Made by a program: the position numbers and the translations under genes. From Methanocaldococcus indicus (GTDB taxonomy: Archaea > AGJL01 > Methanococci > Methanococcales > Methanocaldococcaceae), in contig NZ_CP186926.1 in assembly GCF_049554935.1 (NCBI RefSeq), positions 160,001 through 224,000 of the forward strand: a DNA stretch of 64,000 bases, in the 5' to 3' direction. Shown in pieces: positions 63,881 to 64,000 of this stretch (position 1 is its first letter; every line of letters starts with the position of its first letter). Below the pieces are notes generated by a model. It was not told the origin of the DNA. It did no database searches and saw only the letters and a program-made list of their open reading frames with translations.

Positions 63881-64000
63881 TTATTTTTCTTTTTTCTTAA
63901 ATTTTTCTCTATTTAATCTTAATAAAGTGACAGCAACTGACTCAACTGCTATCCAAAAATCTAAACTCTCTCTATTGAGATGGGGAAGTTCTTCACTAAC
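63881..64000 (-). CDS. 3' end of a CDS entering from beyond the window
   Basis: Open frame ...VSEELPHLNRESLDFWIAVESVAVTLLRLNREKFKKKEK-stop, convergent with the translin gene. Confidence 0.55.
   Translation of the reverse strand, partial: VSEELPHLNRESLDFWIAVESVAVTLLRLNREKFKKKEK

Overview
AT-rich core-genome window from a hyperthermophilic Methanococcales archaeon, most likely Methanocaldococcus-like. The assignment rests on mcr/mtr operons, an intein-bearing reverse gyrase, GGTGA Shine-Dalgarno sites and Lys/Glu/Ile-rich proteins. Main blocks: (1) queC, an ATP-driven HgdB-like/HgdC-like (double-cubane type) reductase pair, mdh, Ski2-like helicase, M20 hydrolase and tsr3-rpl40e. (2) A PIN + FlaD/E-like fusion gene, truD split by a one-base frameshift in an A7 run, and htpX. 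(3) A mixed bioW-bioF-mmp17-purK-purE-ribH-hisE-hydro-lyase run. (4) mch and pdaD-speH-speE. (5) Reverse gyrase with a 494-aa LAGLIDADG intein, mre11 without rad50, sHSP and dph2. (6) A thioredoxin-CGGC-Zn-ribbon-ArsP permease operon. (7) mcrBDCGA-mtrEDCBAFGH. (8) The L22-to-L15 ribosomal protein cluster with secY and adkA. (9) aEF-1beta, mfnE, argD and a translin-like gene. Four short genes missed by the ORF track were read by hand: rpl40e, rps14 and two Zn-ribbon proteins. No tRNA, rRNA, CRISPR array or IS element was seen. The most notable items are the PIN-FlaD/E fusion, the double-cubane reductase pair with a palindrome-rich upstream region, a GC-rich hairpin between aIF1 and rnp1, and the truD frameshift. 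All family assignments are by motif recognition from memory, not database searches.
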